A stretch of DNA of 64,000 nt from Ophelia neglecta (taxonomy: Eukaryota), in NCBI GenBank assembly GCA_965285935.1, contig OZ260661.1:139252001-139316000 (forward strand), given 5' to 3'. The notes beneath the pieces are model-generated. The model was not told the origin of the DNA and searched no databases. It was given only the letters and a program-made list of their open reading frames with translations. Position 1 is the stretch's first letter. Each line of letters starts with the position of its first letter. Both the position numbers and the translations under genes were made by a program. This document shows positions 17,001 through 35,209 of this stretch, in pieces.

Positions 17001-18799
17001 AATTCCATGTTTGTTTTACATGGTCCTTTTAGTCCTAAAATATTAACAATAACCAAATTGTACTAATTTCAATATTTACTTGGTAGATAAATTGTTTTGA
17101 AAGTTTATCATAGTTTCAGAAGTGCTTTATTTTAGGAAGAAAAAGGTCTTCACACTTAAATTCTTTTTCGTAAGGATATTTTGTATTATCCTATAGGTTA
17201 TTAAATGGTTATACTTTACTAAATGGATATGTTTGAAAAAGATTGTTTGTCAAACACATACTTTTTGCATCATTGTTATCAGCTTTTGCAGGAAACCTTT
17301 ACGTTTTCGTCAATGTTAAAATTATTAATATTTTTAACTAATCATATAACAAATAATCCTGTGTAAATATGACTTGTCAATTTAATCACTATTTTGAAAA
17401 CATGTATAAGTGAAATGTTGTGTTTCTTTGGCTGCTGAAGTTAATCTAATGCATATGAAATGAATTGTGGTTTTCTTAATGCAAATCTTCTTTGATTCTC
17501 GAAGTCAATTGCATCCTGCTCATCATAGATGTGCACGAGCAGTTAGTGAGACAAGGAATCCAAATACCGTGGGCGTCAAAATGTGTTTTGAGGGCTGTTC
17601 AAATAATTCCTAGGGAGAATAGGGCCTATTATTTATGTGTCCAATAAAATCGAGTGAAATAACGACAGGCGTTTTCACTTTAACACGAATGCCAAAAGCC
17701 GGACACGGCTCAATAATAAATCATATGGCCCATAAAAGGTACAACTGACACAATTTCAGCATATATTATTATTGAGTTCACTGGGATAAATGCTACCCCC
17801 ATAAAGAGAAAAAATAAGTTGGTTGAATTTTAAATAAAATCTTTAATTCAACAATTCAAAATGAAGAAGTAACATAAAAATTAATGCATTTAATCCATTC
17901 TTTTGCACATTCCTTTACACAAGATGTAATGACAAGCATTAAGCCAAATTAATAATGTTCATCTGCGTTACTTTCCATCGGTGTACATATAAGCGACAGT
18001 TGTTCCCAATATAATACATTCCCGTGGTTTGCATATATTTTAGTTTGTGTATATATTGATATGCCTGTTGGTAGACCTTCCATATCTGTTAACAGGAAAA
18101 TAAAAATGGTATTGGACGGCATGAGAGTTGGTTTGAGAACCCCTCGGTTGTTTGAAGCCTGAAACAAGGGATTAAAGCCCGAGCTTGCGAGGACATCAAA
18201 CTCATTGAAAGCTACAAGCATAAAAAGGAGTTGCTCAATCAAATCATCATACAAGACCAAAATCATATTGTTATATTTTATAATGGTGATACTACATAGA
18301 ATAATGATGGACATCATTTTGTATAAAAATAGCAGAAAAAATAGCATGTAAACTACATGTTCATGCCTCTTCAGTCATATTAACATTTTTCATGCCGTAA
18401 GGATTGTCAATTATATTGCCTTAAGTCAGGTCTATACTCTACAATCATATAGTGACCCTGACCTATGAAGGATGCAGTGAGCTTTTTATTAAAAATTGTG
18501 TTCAAGTCCTTCTATGTGATCAACATCATTTATGACCGCCAAACTCGTTTAAATGTTTTTTGCGGTCCCGAGTTCATAATCGCACACACGAATTTTCTGA
18601 AAATATAGCCCTTATAAGTCGAATGAGCCTGTAGGTAAAATCTTGCTTTATATTATTACTAATCATTATGCAACCACGCCGAGCTCCGTGTCCAGGATTA
18701 TTTGTTGGGTGTTAACTAATCTATGACCCTCGGTTCAAGGTTACATGGAAAGTAGTTAAATAGGCACATAATCTATAATCTGAGTATATTGTCTATGGC
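14065..18799. repeat. Tandem-duplicated spacer/3' flank (paralogous to ~5980-11500 and ~49110-54014)
   Basis: Collinear high identity, e.g. ORFs 14487/7402/49551, 14801/49866 and 17949/11070/53165. Confidence 0.9.
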
Positions 18800-22318
<3,519 letters not shown>

Positions 22319-22889
22319 CTGTGAATCGAAAAAATATTGACGGTTGTTAGTGTTGGGAGAAATAAACGCAAGAGGGGTATAGTAACTTTTTATCATAACG
22401 CGGTGAATTACAAGGTTTTAGTGAAACAAAAGACGCGAACAGTTATATTTGATTGTTGCAGGCAGATGCCATCAGAATCGCAATGTGTCAGTTCCTTTAC
22501 ACTCCCAATATAGTTTGAAGACCAAAAGGGTCAACTAGAAAGATACATAATTCATGAGAAATCGATCCTTTTTGTTTGGTGTTGCTATGTATATATTCAG
22601 ATTTACAGCAAAAGATAATCCGTTCATGGCAATAGTAACGCTTCTTCGGTGTCAATTTCAGTCTTTCTGCAGTACGTTTCAATTCATACAAATTTGTCCC
22701 ACAAATTAATTTGTCCAAAAGAAGTAGTAATAATAGTTTGCCATCCCTCATACCTTATTCTGTGACAAATGGTTTTTATGCCCCAAGCCGTTCCCAAGCT
22801 TGCAGCCTTTGAAATGGCGCCTAGCTCGGTACCCCACCGTGACAGAAGTCAATCCATATTCCAATATATTTACTACGAAAAATTCTTAC

Positions 22890-25800
22890 ATTTTCACAAC
22901 AATGTGTGTACTGCTTCAGGGATTCACCTAGGCCATTTCTTAACTGTCTGATGACGTCATCTTGATGAGAAATCTGTAAAAACGTTAACACTCATAAAGC
23001 AAGGCATTTCAGTCAATTTTGAAAGGTTGTTACATAAATGTAGATATAAAAACATATCTGGAAATTTCTTACTGGAAAAAATTGATGTCATACACATGCA
23101 AAATGACATCACAGACCTGATGCCACATACTCGTCATTTGACATCACGTACCTGGTGTCACATACCTATATAAGGCTATATATCCAGCAGGTCTTTTTCT
23201 ACTTATAAAAAAGGTGCCAAATCTCCCTGCCTTTCTTATATGATGTTTATTATGATAGGAACATCGATCCCAGAATAGTGCTATGACACTTATCCATCTC
23301 ATCTGACAAGTTTTTCGCCCAAAGCCTGACTCTTCCCATTTGACTTCTCTCTGAGTAACATCATTATGAATATACGCGATGTCGCTCTATCCTGAACTAT
23401 ATCGCCCCCTTTCGTCGGGAAGATATGTGAATGTTTAGACTAAAAGACGCGAGGCCAGTTGTGTCCTTTTTGTGAAGCTCATTCTGATTGGACAGCATAT
23501 TTGCATGTCGAGTCGCATCTACCTGTCTCCTCTTTCTATTAATCACTACGTCCGCATGTTCTCCCCAACTATTGTACATTTATTCAAGGTTTTGAAAAAG
23601 AAATTGAAAGCTAAATATGCGTTGGTTTTTAGCTGCATAAATCATTGCAATGTGTGTACATCAATAAATTGGCCCATATTGACTTATATACCAATTATAT
23701 ATAGATCTATTTGACAAGTAGCGTTTATAACAGCTGGCGGGTTGTATTGGTTGGTTCAATAAATGACTAATGAATAAGACTGTGCCTAACAAGAATATTA
23801 AAATACACAGCCCAACCAGAGACTGTACACCTCACACACATAAAATTCACGAGCTAGCACATGTTTTTCATTGTCATGATAAACATATGTGCAAACTATG
23901 CAGTTAGGTTGTAGTTTTTTTTAAATGAGCTGTGTTTATTTTATCAATTCCATTGGATTATGACAAGGCAGGAAAAGACATTCTCTCAGCAAAATACATG
24001 TACATCTATTGAAAAAATGCTTTACAACGTTTAGATATTAAAGAACATCGCATAAACCTCGGTTGGAGAAAATATTACAATGCAAAGTAGTACAAGTGCT
24101 AGTGTTTCCCGTAAACCAACCAATAAAAGGACATACACTAAATCATATTTAAAAGTTTCTTCAAAAAGTTAATTGTCAGTGTGGGGAGGTATATAATATA
24201 TATGTAAAACACAGGATTAGATAATCAAAGATAGATAATGATTTAAGCTGTATTAGTCAACCTTATATTTTGGATTTGTTATTGCTTACAACTAAGTTAA
24301 AGAGATCGGTGACATAAAGTAGCCCCTTGATTAGTCAACTCTGACTTTGTTGACCTGTCTTTCCCCAGCATTAAGATCGCGTTCCAGCTCTTGCTTTAGC
24401 TCATACACTTTAGTTTCACGTCCATCTAGCTAGTTGTCAGGAAAAAATGTATTTCTCAGAACTTTGCAAGTGTAAATCGAGATCAAACATACAATTTTAC
24501 AAAAAGGATAATAAAAAGAAGTAATCAATATTCCTAATGGGAAAGCTCCCCACACGTAGGTATTACCTCATTACGACATGATTTGCTATGACGTGTTTTG
24601 TCTGGCTGTATCATTTCACTCTAGACACATCTAATAAACATGATATTATTTCTATTACACCACCATAGCAGCAGGTTTAGGAATCAGACAAAAAACCTGT
24701 CTAAAATCTGTTTCAAAAGCTGTGTACTCTAAACAACACTAAGTAACATATGAAGGATAGTCTCATGACTAATAGAGACATAATCAGTTAATTCACCGCT
24801 GTGTCATGCTCAGTGTGTACATTTATTATGCAACTGCCTAACGTCTTGTTTAGCACATTTTCTTGTACAATAACACATATCGTAGATAAAAGTAATGTCA
24901 TAAGCTGAATTCATGAAATCATGCAACAGGTTTCCATTTACACTGATACTAACTTGAATCCCATACACATGTGTTAACAGTATGTTACCAACCTCATCTC
25001 GCAACTGGTGCTTTTCCTCTTGACGCTGCCTTAAGTCATCTTCTAACTGTCTGATTTTCTTCTCATACTGTTTAAGCAATCAACAGGTTGAATACATTAG
25101 TTAATTCATTTGATAATGAATATATCTAAATTAAATATTTTGATGCTGCAACCTTAGGTTGGCCAGGTGGTAAAGTGGTAAAACTGGTATTGTAAAAGAC
25201 ATTTAATCAATTAATAAAATCAGATCCCTAGTTCATTACATTAAGTAGGTATAGATACGGGAACTAATCATTTAACCAATTTTAGTATATCCCGTTATCC
25301 AACCATGAAAAGGACAGTCACTAAATCATAATCAAAAGATGCTTCAAAAAGACAGTTGTCTGTGTGGAGAGTATATAATATACATGTTAAACACATGATG
25401 TGATAATCAAAATAAATATAGCACTCATTGCACAGACTTTGAGGACGTAGTCGTGGAACTCACCTCTGACTTTGAGTCATCGAACTTACTCTCCAGTTCC
25501 TTGGTTTGTTCATCTCTTTTTTGCAACTAAAAATGCACCAAAATAGCAGTGATATAAGTTATTATTTAATTTTACATTAGTCATGTTTTACTTTGAGATT
25601 CGATATTACTGAAAACAAAGTAACCGAGATCAGTGACATCAATGTAGCCCCTTGATAGGTCAACATTGACTATGTTGACCTCTCGACTCTTGGCGAAGGG
25701 TACTAAACTCATCCTCCCAGCTTTCCCAGCATTAAGATCGCGTTCCAGCTCTTGATTTACCTCATACAGAATAGTTTCACGTCCATCTAGCTAGTTGTCA

Positions 25801-28800
25801 GAAAAAAATGTATTTCTTAGAACGTTGCAAATGTAAATTTTGATCAAATTCGGAATGAAATACTGTCTCTGACATCATGACGGCAAAAGCATGACTTCGC
25901 ACAAACACACAATTTTACAAAAAAAGGATAATAATGAAGAAGTAATCAATAAATAACCATCTGAAAAGCTTTATCAGGATCGAAAGATAAAGGGTGTAGC
26001 TTCGTAATGGAAAAGCTCCCCCATACGCCCTGCATGATTTGCTATGACGTGTTTTGTCTGGCTGTATAAATACACTCTCGACACATCTAATTAACTGATT
26101 TTAATTCTATTACTCTGCCATATTACTAGGTACAGGCTTCAGACAAAGCCTGTCTAATAAACCGTGTAATATAAACAATTTGTTTTGAACTACAAATGTA
26201 AAAGATTAATTATTCCCCATAAACACTTCGTAGTTAAGTTCATATAACTGTTCATCACATTTTATGACCCTGAATCAGCCACAGCTTTTTATCATAGTAT
26301 AGGAGTTACTAACCCGGAGCTGGACATCCCTCTGCTCCTCCCTCAGCTGTTTAACCACTTCCTCTTCACGGTTGACAGTGGCCAGCGCTTGTCTGTGCTT
26401 CTCTTCCATCTTTTTGACAGCTGACTTCAGTTTAACTATGGCATCTTCACGCTCCGCTACCTTAGTGGTCAGGGCGTCCCGATTCTCATCGGAGGCGGTC
26501 TGCAATTTCTGGTAACTTGATGACAGCTTTTGTACCTGTGCATTGTATATAGATAAACGTGTGATGTTCTTTTGATACATCTATAGCCAATAGGATTTTT
26601 AGTAAGGCATTTGAACAATCAGAATAAAACATAAAACATTTAATAATGAGTCAATTCTTTATTTGTAAAAATTACTAAATTATTTTTGAACTACCAGTTT
26701 TCTGTGCCTACATCTCCGTCTTACTCATGCAGTTACCTGTGTCACAGAGTCGGCATGCTGAGCACGCACTGTCTTAAGTTCATTCTCCATGTCGGCATTC
26801 CGGGTACGCAGATCTTGCAGCTGTTAGAAGGAGACGATTAATCGAGGTGCTAACCAAAAGAAATGCCTGTGCAAAACAGGCCGCGTACAGTCACTGGTTA
26901 ATTCAATAATTGATTAATGAACAAAAATATGCCTGACAAGTACATTAAATTACGCATCCCAACCAGAGACTGTTCACCGCACACACACAAAATGCCCGAG
27001 CTAGCCCATGTATTTCTTGACATAAAAAATATGTATGCAAGCAGTGTAGTTAGGTCGTAGTGTTATAATGTGCTGCGTTAAGTATATCGCTCCCATCGGA
27101 TTTTATTAAGGCAGGAAAAGACATGATCTCAGAAAAATACATGTAAATGTTATGAGAAAATGCATTACAAAGTTGGGATTCTAAAGAACATTTTAGAAAC
27201 CTTGGTTGGGGGAGAACATTACGATGCAATATAGTACAAGTGCTAGTATTTCCCGTATGTAAACCATAAAAAGGACATGCACTATATCATATTCGAAAGT
27301 TGCTTCCACAAGATGATATAATCAAAGAAACATAGCACTCATTGCACAGACTTAAAAGAAATATTCGTGGGACTCACCTCTGACTTTGTGGCATCGAATT
27401 TGCTTACGGCATCATTCAGTTCTCTCTCTAGTTCCCTGGATCGGGCATCTCTTTTTTGCAACTAACAATGCACCAATAGCAGTGGTAAAAGTAATTATTT
27501 AGGTTTACATTAGTCATGTTTACATTGGGAGTCGATATTACTTAAAACAAAGTAAACGAGATTAGTGACATCAATGTAGTCCTTTCATTGGTCAACATTG
27601 ACTATGTTGACCTCTCGCCTCTTGGCGAAGGGTACTGAACTCATCCTCCCGCCTTTCCCCAGCATTAAGATCGCGTTCCAGCTCTTGATTTACCTCATAC
27701 AGAATAGTTTCACTTCCATCTAGCTAGTTGTCAGAACAAAATGTATTTCTCGGAAAGTTGCAAGTGTAAATTTTGATTAAATCCAGATTGAAATACTGTC
27801 GCTGACATCATTATGGCAAAAGCATGACTTTGCACAAACACCCAATTTTACAAAAAGGATTATAATAAAGAAGTTAACAATAAAAAACACCTGAAAAGTT
27901 TAAACAGAATGGTAAAATAAGGGGTGTATCTTCTTAATGGAAAAGCTCCCCCATACGCACCTCATTACGGCATAATTTGCTATGACGTGTTTTGTCTGGC
28001 TGTATCATTGCACTCTTGACACATCTAATTAACATAATTTTATTTCTAATACTCCGCCATATTACTAGGTTCAGGCATCAGATAGAACCTGTCTAATAAA
28101 CCGTGTAATATAAACAATTTGTCTTAAATTACAAATGTAAAAGATTAATTATTCTCCCATAAACACTTCGTAGTTAAGTTCATATAACTGTTCATCACAT
28201 TTTATGACCCTGAATCAGCCTTAGGAGTAACTAACCCGGAGCTGGACATCCCCCTGCTCCTCCCTCAGTTGTTTGACCACTTCCTCTTCACGCTCGACAG
28301 TGGCCAGAGCTTGTCTGTGTTTGTCTTTCAGCTCTTTGACAGCTGACTTCAGTTTAACTATGGCATCTTCACGCTCTGCTACCTTAGTGGTTAGGGCGTC
28401 CCGTTTCTCATCGGAGGCGGTCTGCAATTTCTGGTAACTTGATGACAGCTTTTGTACCTGTGCATTGTATATAGATAAAAGTATGATGTTCTTTTGATAC
28501 ATCTATAGCCAATAGCATGTTTAGCAAGGCATTTGAAAAATCAGAATAAAACATAAAACATTTAATAATGAGTCAATTCTTTATTTGTAAAACTTTCTAA
28601 ATTATTCTTCAACTACCGGTTGTCTGTGCCTACAGCTCCTTCTTACTCATGCAGTTACCTGTGTCACAGAGTCGGCATGCTGAACACGCACTGTCTTAAG
28701 TTCATTCTCCATGTCGGCACTCCGGCTACGCAGATCTTGCAGCTGTTAGAAGGAGACGATTAATCGAGGTGCTAACCAAAAGAAAAGCCATGTGCAAACC

Positions 28801-30970
28801 AATCTGCGTACAGTCATTGGTTAATTCAATAATTGACTGATGAACAAAACTGTGCCTGACAAGTACATTAAATAACCCAGCCCAACCAGAGACTGTACAC
28901 CTCACACACACAAAATGCCCGAGCATTCTTGTCATAAATAAATATGTATACAAGAAGTGTAGTTAGGTGTAGTGCTGTGTTTAGTTTATCACTCCCATCG
29001 GTTTATGACAAGGCAGGAACAGACATGCTCTCAGAAAAATACATGTACATGCTATGAGGAAATGCATTACAACGTGGGGATTTTAAAGAACCTTGTATAA
29101 ACCTTGGGTGGAGGAGAACATTACGATGCAATATAGTACAAGTGCTAGTATTTCCCATTTCCAACCATGAAAAGGACATGCACTAAGCCATATTCAAAAG
29201 GTTGCTTCAAAAAGTTAACTGTCAGGGTGGGGAGGTGTACTATATATATGTAAAACACAGGTATAGATGATCAAAGAAAATATAGCACTCTTTGCACAGA
29301 CTTTGAGGACATAGTTCTGGGACTCACCTCTGACTTTGAGTCATCGAACTTTCTCTCGGCTTCTTTTAGTTTACTCTCCAGTTCCCTGGATCGTTCATCT
29401 CTTTTTTGCAACTAAAAATGCACCAAAATAGCAGTGGTATAAGTAATTATTTAGGTTTGCATTAGTCAAGCCTAACTTTAGGATTGGATATTGCTAAGTT
29501 AAAGAGATCAGTGACATAAATGTAGCCCCTTGATTGGTCAACACTGATTTTGTTGACCTCTCGCTTCTTGGCGAACGGTATTGAACTTATCCTCCCAGCT
29601 TTCCACCAAATTACGATCGTGTTCCAGCTCTTTAGTTCCTACAATATAGTGTCCTCTCCATTCAGCAAGTTGTCAGGGAAAAATTGTTTCTAAGAAGGTT
29701 ACATGTGTAAATTTTGAAAAAATACAGATTGACATACAGTCGCTCACGACATCTTGATTACAAAAGGTACATTAATGAACCCAGGAGTTTCAGTTAATTA
29801 TGTATGGTTGTTATAAACAAAGTACATAATAATAAGCCATCTGTCAGAATGGAAATCTTCTTACCCGACAAACTAGAGGTCATTCACCAGTAAATTGACA
29901 TCACAAACCAGATATCACATACTTATACTGTTTTATAAAGCAGGACTTTTTCTACCTGTAAAAAGTGACAAATCCATCTGCTTTTTATAATAATAATAGG
30001 AAATTTGTATCCCAGAACATATCATAGTTCCACATATAATATTCCTATCATGCTTATCCATCTCATCTGACAATTTGTGAAGCCAAAACTTGACTTTTCC
30101 TACTTAGTGCTTCCCTGAGAAACAGCGTTATGAGTATAGGCGATGTTGTTCTATTCTTTCTCACCCTGCATTGAATATTTTGAGTGATTGGCAGATGGCC
30201 AGTTGTGTCCCTTTTGTGAGGCTTATTCTAACTGAACAGCTGATTTCCATGTCGAATCGTGTCTCGCTCTCTTCTGTTTTTGAACATCACTATGTTCGCA
30301 TGATCTCAACTATGGTCCTTTTATCTTATGATTTGCGAGGAATAAAAAGGGCTCAAGTTGACTTATATACCATTTATACAGTGATATATTTGATATGTGG
30401 TTTTTGTAACAGCTGCTTACATTTTTTTTACTAAAGAGTGTGCTATGTAGAGGCAAAGTATAATGTCAAGAGGCCGGAGCATGCTAGTGTGGGTACAATG
30501 TATGGCTGCTACTCTGGGCAACCTGGCGTCAAGCCATAGTAATTTCCTTGGACGATCAGCACTGGTAGTTAACGTATATTTAACATCTCTCTGAATGCAA
30601 TCACATGGCAACATATTAAAGAAAAATGTCTTGTCCCTCATCAAGACCCCTTTCCAGGTGAACTTATTTAATGGAAGAACAATCGTCCATGATTTATTAA
30701 TATGCTGCCAATTGCATGGCTTTGTGAAATGCAACATTCTTCTAGAAAATGTGATATAATACTGTGTACACCACTACTTACATCCTCATTAGCTGTCTTC
30801 TTGACGCTGTTCAGTTCAATCTGGGACTGGGCGAGATCTTCTTGAATACGCTTGATTGTCTCTGACTGACGTTGTAACCTCACAAGCGTCGCCTGACCGG
30901 GTTGGCTTGCTTGACGCAGCATGTCAATTTCAGCCTTCTGTCTCTGGATGGTGTCATTACGCTCGGCAAT
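22890..30970 (-). CDS. Coiled-coil exon array, proximal part; exons 30970-30782, 29411-29328, 28742-28659, 28457-28236, 27461-27378, 26820-26737, 26535-26314, 25526-25464, 25067-24993, 22973-22890
   Basis: Each block has AG/GT boundaries, phase 0-0, no stops, and E/K/Q/L-rich heptad sequence (e.g. LQKRDERSRELESKLKEAERKFDDSKSE; VQKLSSSYQKLQ...EEQRDVQLR). Confidence 0.75.
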
Positions 30971-31188
30971 CTGGAGGAATCACGTTTACACGTCAACACA
31001 GTTATTTATTAGGGCATTCCTATTTTATTCAAAATTAAGAAACGTCCTGATAATCTAATAAATATGTATGTGGTATAAGAGTTTGGAAAAGAAGTGGTTG
31101 GCCATTTTGGTAAGGATGTGGGTTAGATGACTCCTCATTCACTTCTACGGGACACATCAATAAATACTCCAGTGACACCTTCATACAT

Positions 31189-31552
31189 AGTAGAGACTGC
31201 TAATACAGCAGTTTCACCTACAGACAGGGCGGGCACCTCGTCCGAGATGCCGAGTACATCAAACCAACTAAGTCAAACAATTAAAACAAAACTACAACCG
31301 CTAAGAAACCAAACACCAACAACAACAAAACCAAAAAGTAAACCAAAGACACCACGCACAAACAGATCACAAAAGGGGGATGACAAAGTCTCCCTTTATA
31401 ACCGCTATGGTGCACTGTCTGGGAGTGAGGAGGAGATGGAGTGTAATGATCCCCCGTCTCGACCTCACCCCCCTGACACAGACCAAACAACACCAAAAAT
31501 TAATATAAAAATTAATCGAAACACTCCCTCTAACAAAGAAAATGGCAAATAA
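31189..31552 (+). CDS. C-terminal fragment of LINE ORF1
   Basis: S/T/P/K-rich tail with the SLYNRYGAL (NRF..L-type) motif, overlapping the ORF2 start. Confidence 0.65.
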
Positions 31553-34500
31553 ATCAATTCTCCAATGGAACATAAATAGTTTCGAATCAAATAGGCCTGA
31601 GCTAGAAACTCTAATGGACAGGAACCCCACAATCATATGTCTCCAAAAGACCAAAGCTAAAAATAATATTAAACTAAAATATTACACAAGCTACAACACT
31701 TTTTCTAAAGCTGTTGATGGCAGAGCTTGTGGTGGGGTTTCTGTCTTGGTACATAACCGAACAGCTCAGAGCAAAGTAACCCTGAACACAAACATGCAGG
31801 CGGTTGCAGTCAGGGTTACACTACATAAAACAATCACTATTTGTTCCATTTATTGCCCCCCTTCAAAACCATTAAACATAGACGATCTACAGTCTCTCCT
31901 GGACCAACTCCCAAGTCCTGTCGTTCTCCTCGGCGACTTTAATGCTCACAACCCTCTGTGGGGAGGAGACACGACAGACGACAAGGGAAGACGTCTAGAG
32001 GACTTCATACACACAAATAACTTGTGTACTTTAAACTCAGGTGCTCCTACCTTCCTGCACCCGGGAAACGGGGCACAGACATCAATAGATTTATCTCTCT
32101 GTGACCCCTCCCTCTTCCTGGACTTCAATTGGACCGTTCAGCCTGACCTCTGTGGCAGTGACCATTTCCCGGTGTGGTTGACCACAAACCACCCAGGGCC
32201 AAAAGAAGGGGTCCCGCAATGGAAACTGCGCAGAGCGGATTGGACTAAATTCACGACCCTCTGTGAAGAAAAAATTGTTCCAGAGACGTTCCAACGGGCT
32301 GAGGATCCGATGGATGCATTCACCACCATTGTCCATGACATTGCTGCTGAGTGCGTCCCGCGGTCCAGTGGTACACCAAAAAAACGATCCAAACCATGGT
32401 TTAACGAAGAATGCAGAGCAGCTATAAAAGAGAGACAAAAGGCCCTAAGACGTTTTAGACGTCATCCCATCCAGGCAAATTTGGACTCTTTTAAAATCCT
32501 TCGAGCCAAAGCTCGTAAGGTGGTGAGACAGGCAAAGAAGAGCAGCTGTCACAACTACGTGTCCCAGCTGAACCATCACTCTTCTTTGAAAAAGACCTGG
32601 GACGTAGTTCGGAAAATCAGTGGCAAAGGAGTGAGTCAAACAATAATCCACCTCACACACAATAACTCAACAATCACCGACACTATAGACATAGCAAACT
32701 GCCTCGGAGAGAGTTTCGCCCGAAACTCCTCTTCCCAAAATTATACCCACTCCTTTCAACAACATAAAAGAATACAAGAAAAAATCCCACTCAACTTCCA
32801 CACCAAACAAGACATGCCTTACAATAGATCAATAACAGTCCGTGAACTTCAGAGCTCCTTATCTAAAACCCACGATTCGGCCCCTGGTCCGGATCAAATC
32901 CACTACCAATTCCTCAAACATCTCCCCCCTAGTTCCCTCCAAATCCTCACGGACATATTCAACTTTATCTGGGAAACCGAAACATTCCCACCTTCGTGGA
33001 AAAAAGCAATAGTTATACCTATACCAAAACCAGGAAAAGATGCCACTGAAAGTACCAACTACCGTCCCATAGCTCTCACCAGCTGTCTCTGCAAGACCAT
33101 GGAGAGGATCATCAACGACAGACTTGTCTGGTTCCTCGAAACCAACAAGCTGTTAACGGTGTACCAATCTGGGTTCAGGAGGGGCAGGAGCACCATAGAT
33201 CATCTAGTTCGTCTCGAAACCTCTATAAGACAAGCCTTTGTAAGGGGCGAGCACTACGTTGCCATTTTCTTCGATATGGAGAAGGCATATGACACCACAT
33301 GGAAACATGGGATCATGAAAGATCTCAATGATTTCGGTCTCCGAGGCCTTCTCCCAAATTTTATCAAATATTTCTTAGACGACCGGTCATTCCAGGTTAG
33401 AATGGGGGCTACTCTATCTAACCCTTTTATCCAAGAAGCTGGCGTCCCACAGGGAGCCATACTGTCTGTCACTCTATTTACCATTAAAATAAACAGTATT
33501 GTTAAATGCGTGACAAGAAATACTGATCCCTCTTTATATGTGGATGACTTCCAGACAGGCTACAGATCACAGTGCATGCGCACGATAGAACGGCAACTGC
33601 AACTCTGTCTCAACAAATTACAAAAATGGTCGAACGAAAATGGTTTCAAGTTTTCCCCGTCAAAGACAGTCTGCGTTCACTTCTGCAGGAAGAAGAAACT
33701 CCATCCAGATCCAGAGTTAACCCTCAATGGATCTCCTGTTCCTGTAGTTGAAACATTTAAATTCCTTGGACTGCTCTATGACAAAAAACTCAACTTTCTC
33801 CCCCATATCAAATACTTGAGACAGAGTTGCCAAAAGGCGTTGAACCTCCTTCGTGTCGTGTCTAGCATGGACTGGGGTGCTGATCGCAAGGTTCTGTTAC
33901 ATCTATACCAGAGCCTTGTTAGATCAAAGCTTGATTATGGCTGTTTTATTTATGGATCTTCACCAAAGAGCTACATAAAGATGCTAAATCCTGTACAGAA
34001 CCAGGCCCTCCGTATATGCACTGGCGCATATCGAACATCTCCAAAGGACAGCCTGGAGGTGGAGGCATGCGTGCCTCCTCTTCACCTAAGAAGAGAGAGA
34101 CAAGGACTGCAATATGCAGTCAAGCTACACGCTGACCCTGCCAACCCTGCCTTCTCGAGTGTCTTTGACCCTCCGGACAGTGAACTATTTGCTACCAAAA
34201 ACACAATTCCTCCATTTGGTATCCGCATCAAGCAGTCCCTAGATAATCTGGGCGTTGAACTCAGATGGATTGCTGATGCCACACTGCCGAAGACACCACC
34301 ATGGACATATAAGCCACTGGTGGTGGACTGGTTTTTGGTCACTGGTAATAAAAACTACACTTCACCACTGATATATTGTACACGGCTCAATCAAATCCGG
34401 TCAGAAGTGTACCATGACCATACCTTTATCTTCACGGATGGGTCGAAGCTCGAGGAGAAAGTGGCGGCCATGCCTTCACCTCCAGGATGCGCCTCCCCGA

Positions 34501-35209
34501 TCACAGCTCCATTTTCACTGCCGAAATAACAGCCATAGATCTTGCTCTAGACCATATCATCCAGTCTAGAGACAGAAAATTTGTTATCGCGTCAGACTCA
34601 ATGTCGTCCCTCCAGGCACTAGAAAGGTTTAGCTGGTCTAACCCTTTGGTTCTCTCCCGGCGAGAAACCTTAAATAAAATCCTCAAAAGAGGAAAAACTG
34701 TTGTACTCCTGTGGGTGCCCAGCCACGTGGGCATCAAAGGCAATGAGGCTGCCGACAAATATGCAAAAGAGGCACTGGAAGATCCCATCTTTCCAATCAA
34801 AATCCCATCTTCTGACTTCAAGAGCCCAATAAACCAGTATGGCTGGAAACAATGGCAAACCGCCTGGGATCAGGCCATAGAAAACAAACTGCACTCTATC
34901 TGCCCCACCATACCGAAATCATTTCGACAGCCTCTTGCCTCCCGGAGGGACGACTTGATCATATCTCGACTGCGCATCGGCCACTCACATTATACACATA
35001 CTCACTTACTGAGAAAAGAAGACCCACCTTTTTGTGAGGGCTGCCAATGCCAGATAACCATCCAACACATTCTGTTGGAATGCAGCGATTTCGCCGAGGC
35101 CAGATACCATTTTTATAACGTTAACAACCTCAAAACCTTATTTGACAAGGTCTGCCCACGGCAGATTCTTGGTTTCTTGAGGTCTATAGATCTCTACTAC
35201 AAAATGTAG
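31542..35209 (+). pseudogene. LINE ORF2 (AP endonuclease, reverse transcriptase, RNase H, zinc knuckle), frameshifted at ~34470
   Basis: QWNI, GDFNAH and SDHFP (APE); YRPIALTS, DMEKAYD, GVPQG and YVDD (RT); FTDGSK then, in another frame, SIFTAE, SDSMS, WVPSHVGIKGNEAAD (RNase H); C..C...TIQHILLEC. Confidence 0.92.

Noticed and set aside
22948-22985. ctgatga motifs as hammerhead ribozyme cores (also ~5692, 9560, 38703)
   Set aside because: No stem II/GAAA core or flanking helices could be formed.
24000-30400. Regular repeats as a CRISPR-like array
   Set aside because: Units are kb-scale duplicated exon-intron modules in eukaryotic DNA, with no repeat-spacer structure or cas genes.
31946-34894. 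Minus-strand ORFs within the LINE
   Set aside because: Antisense shadows of ORF2.
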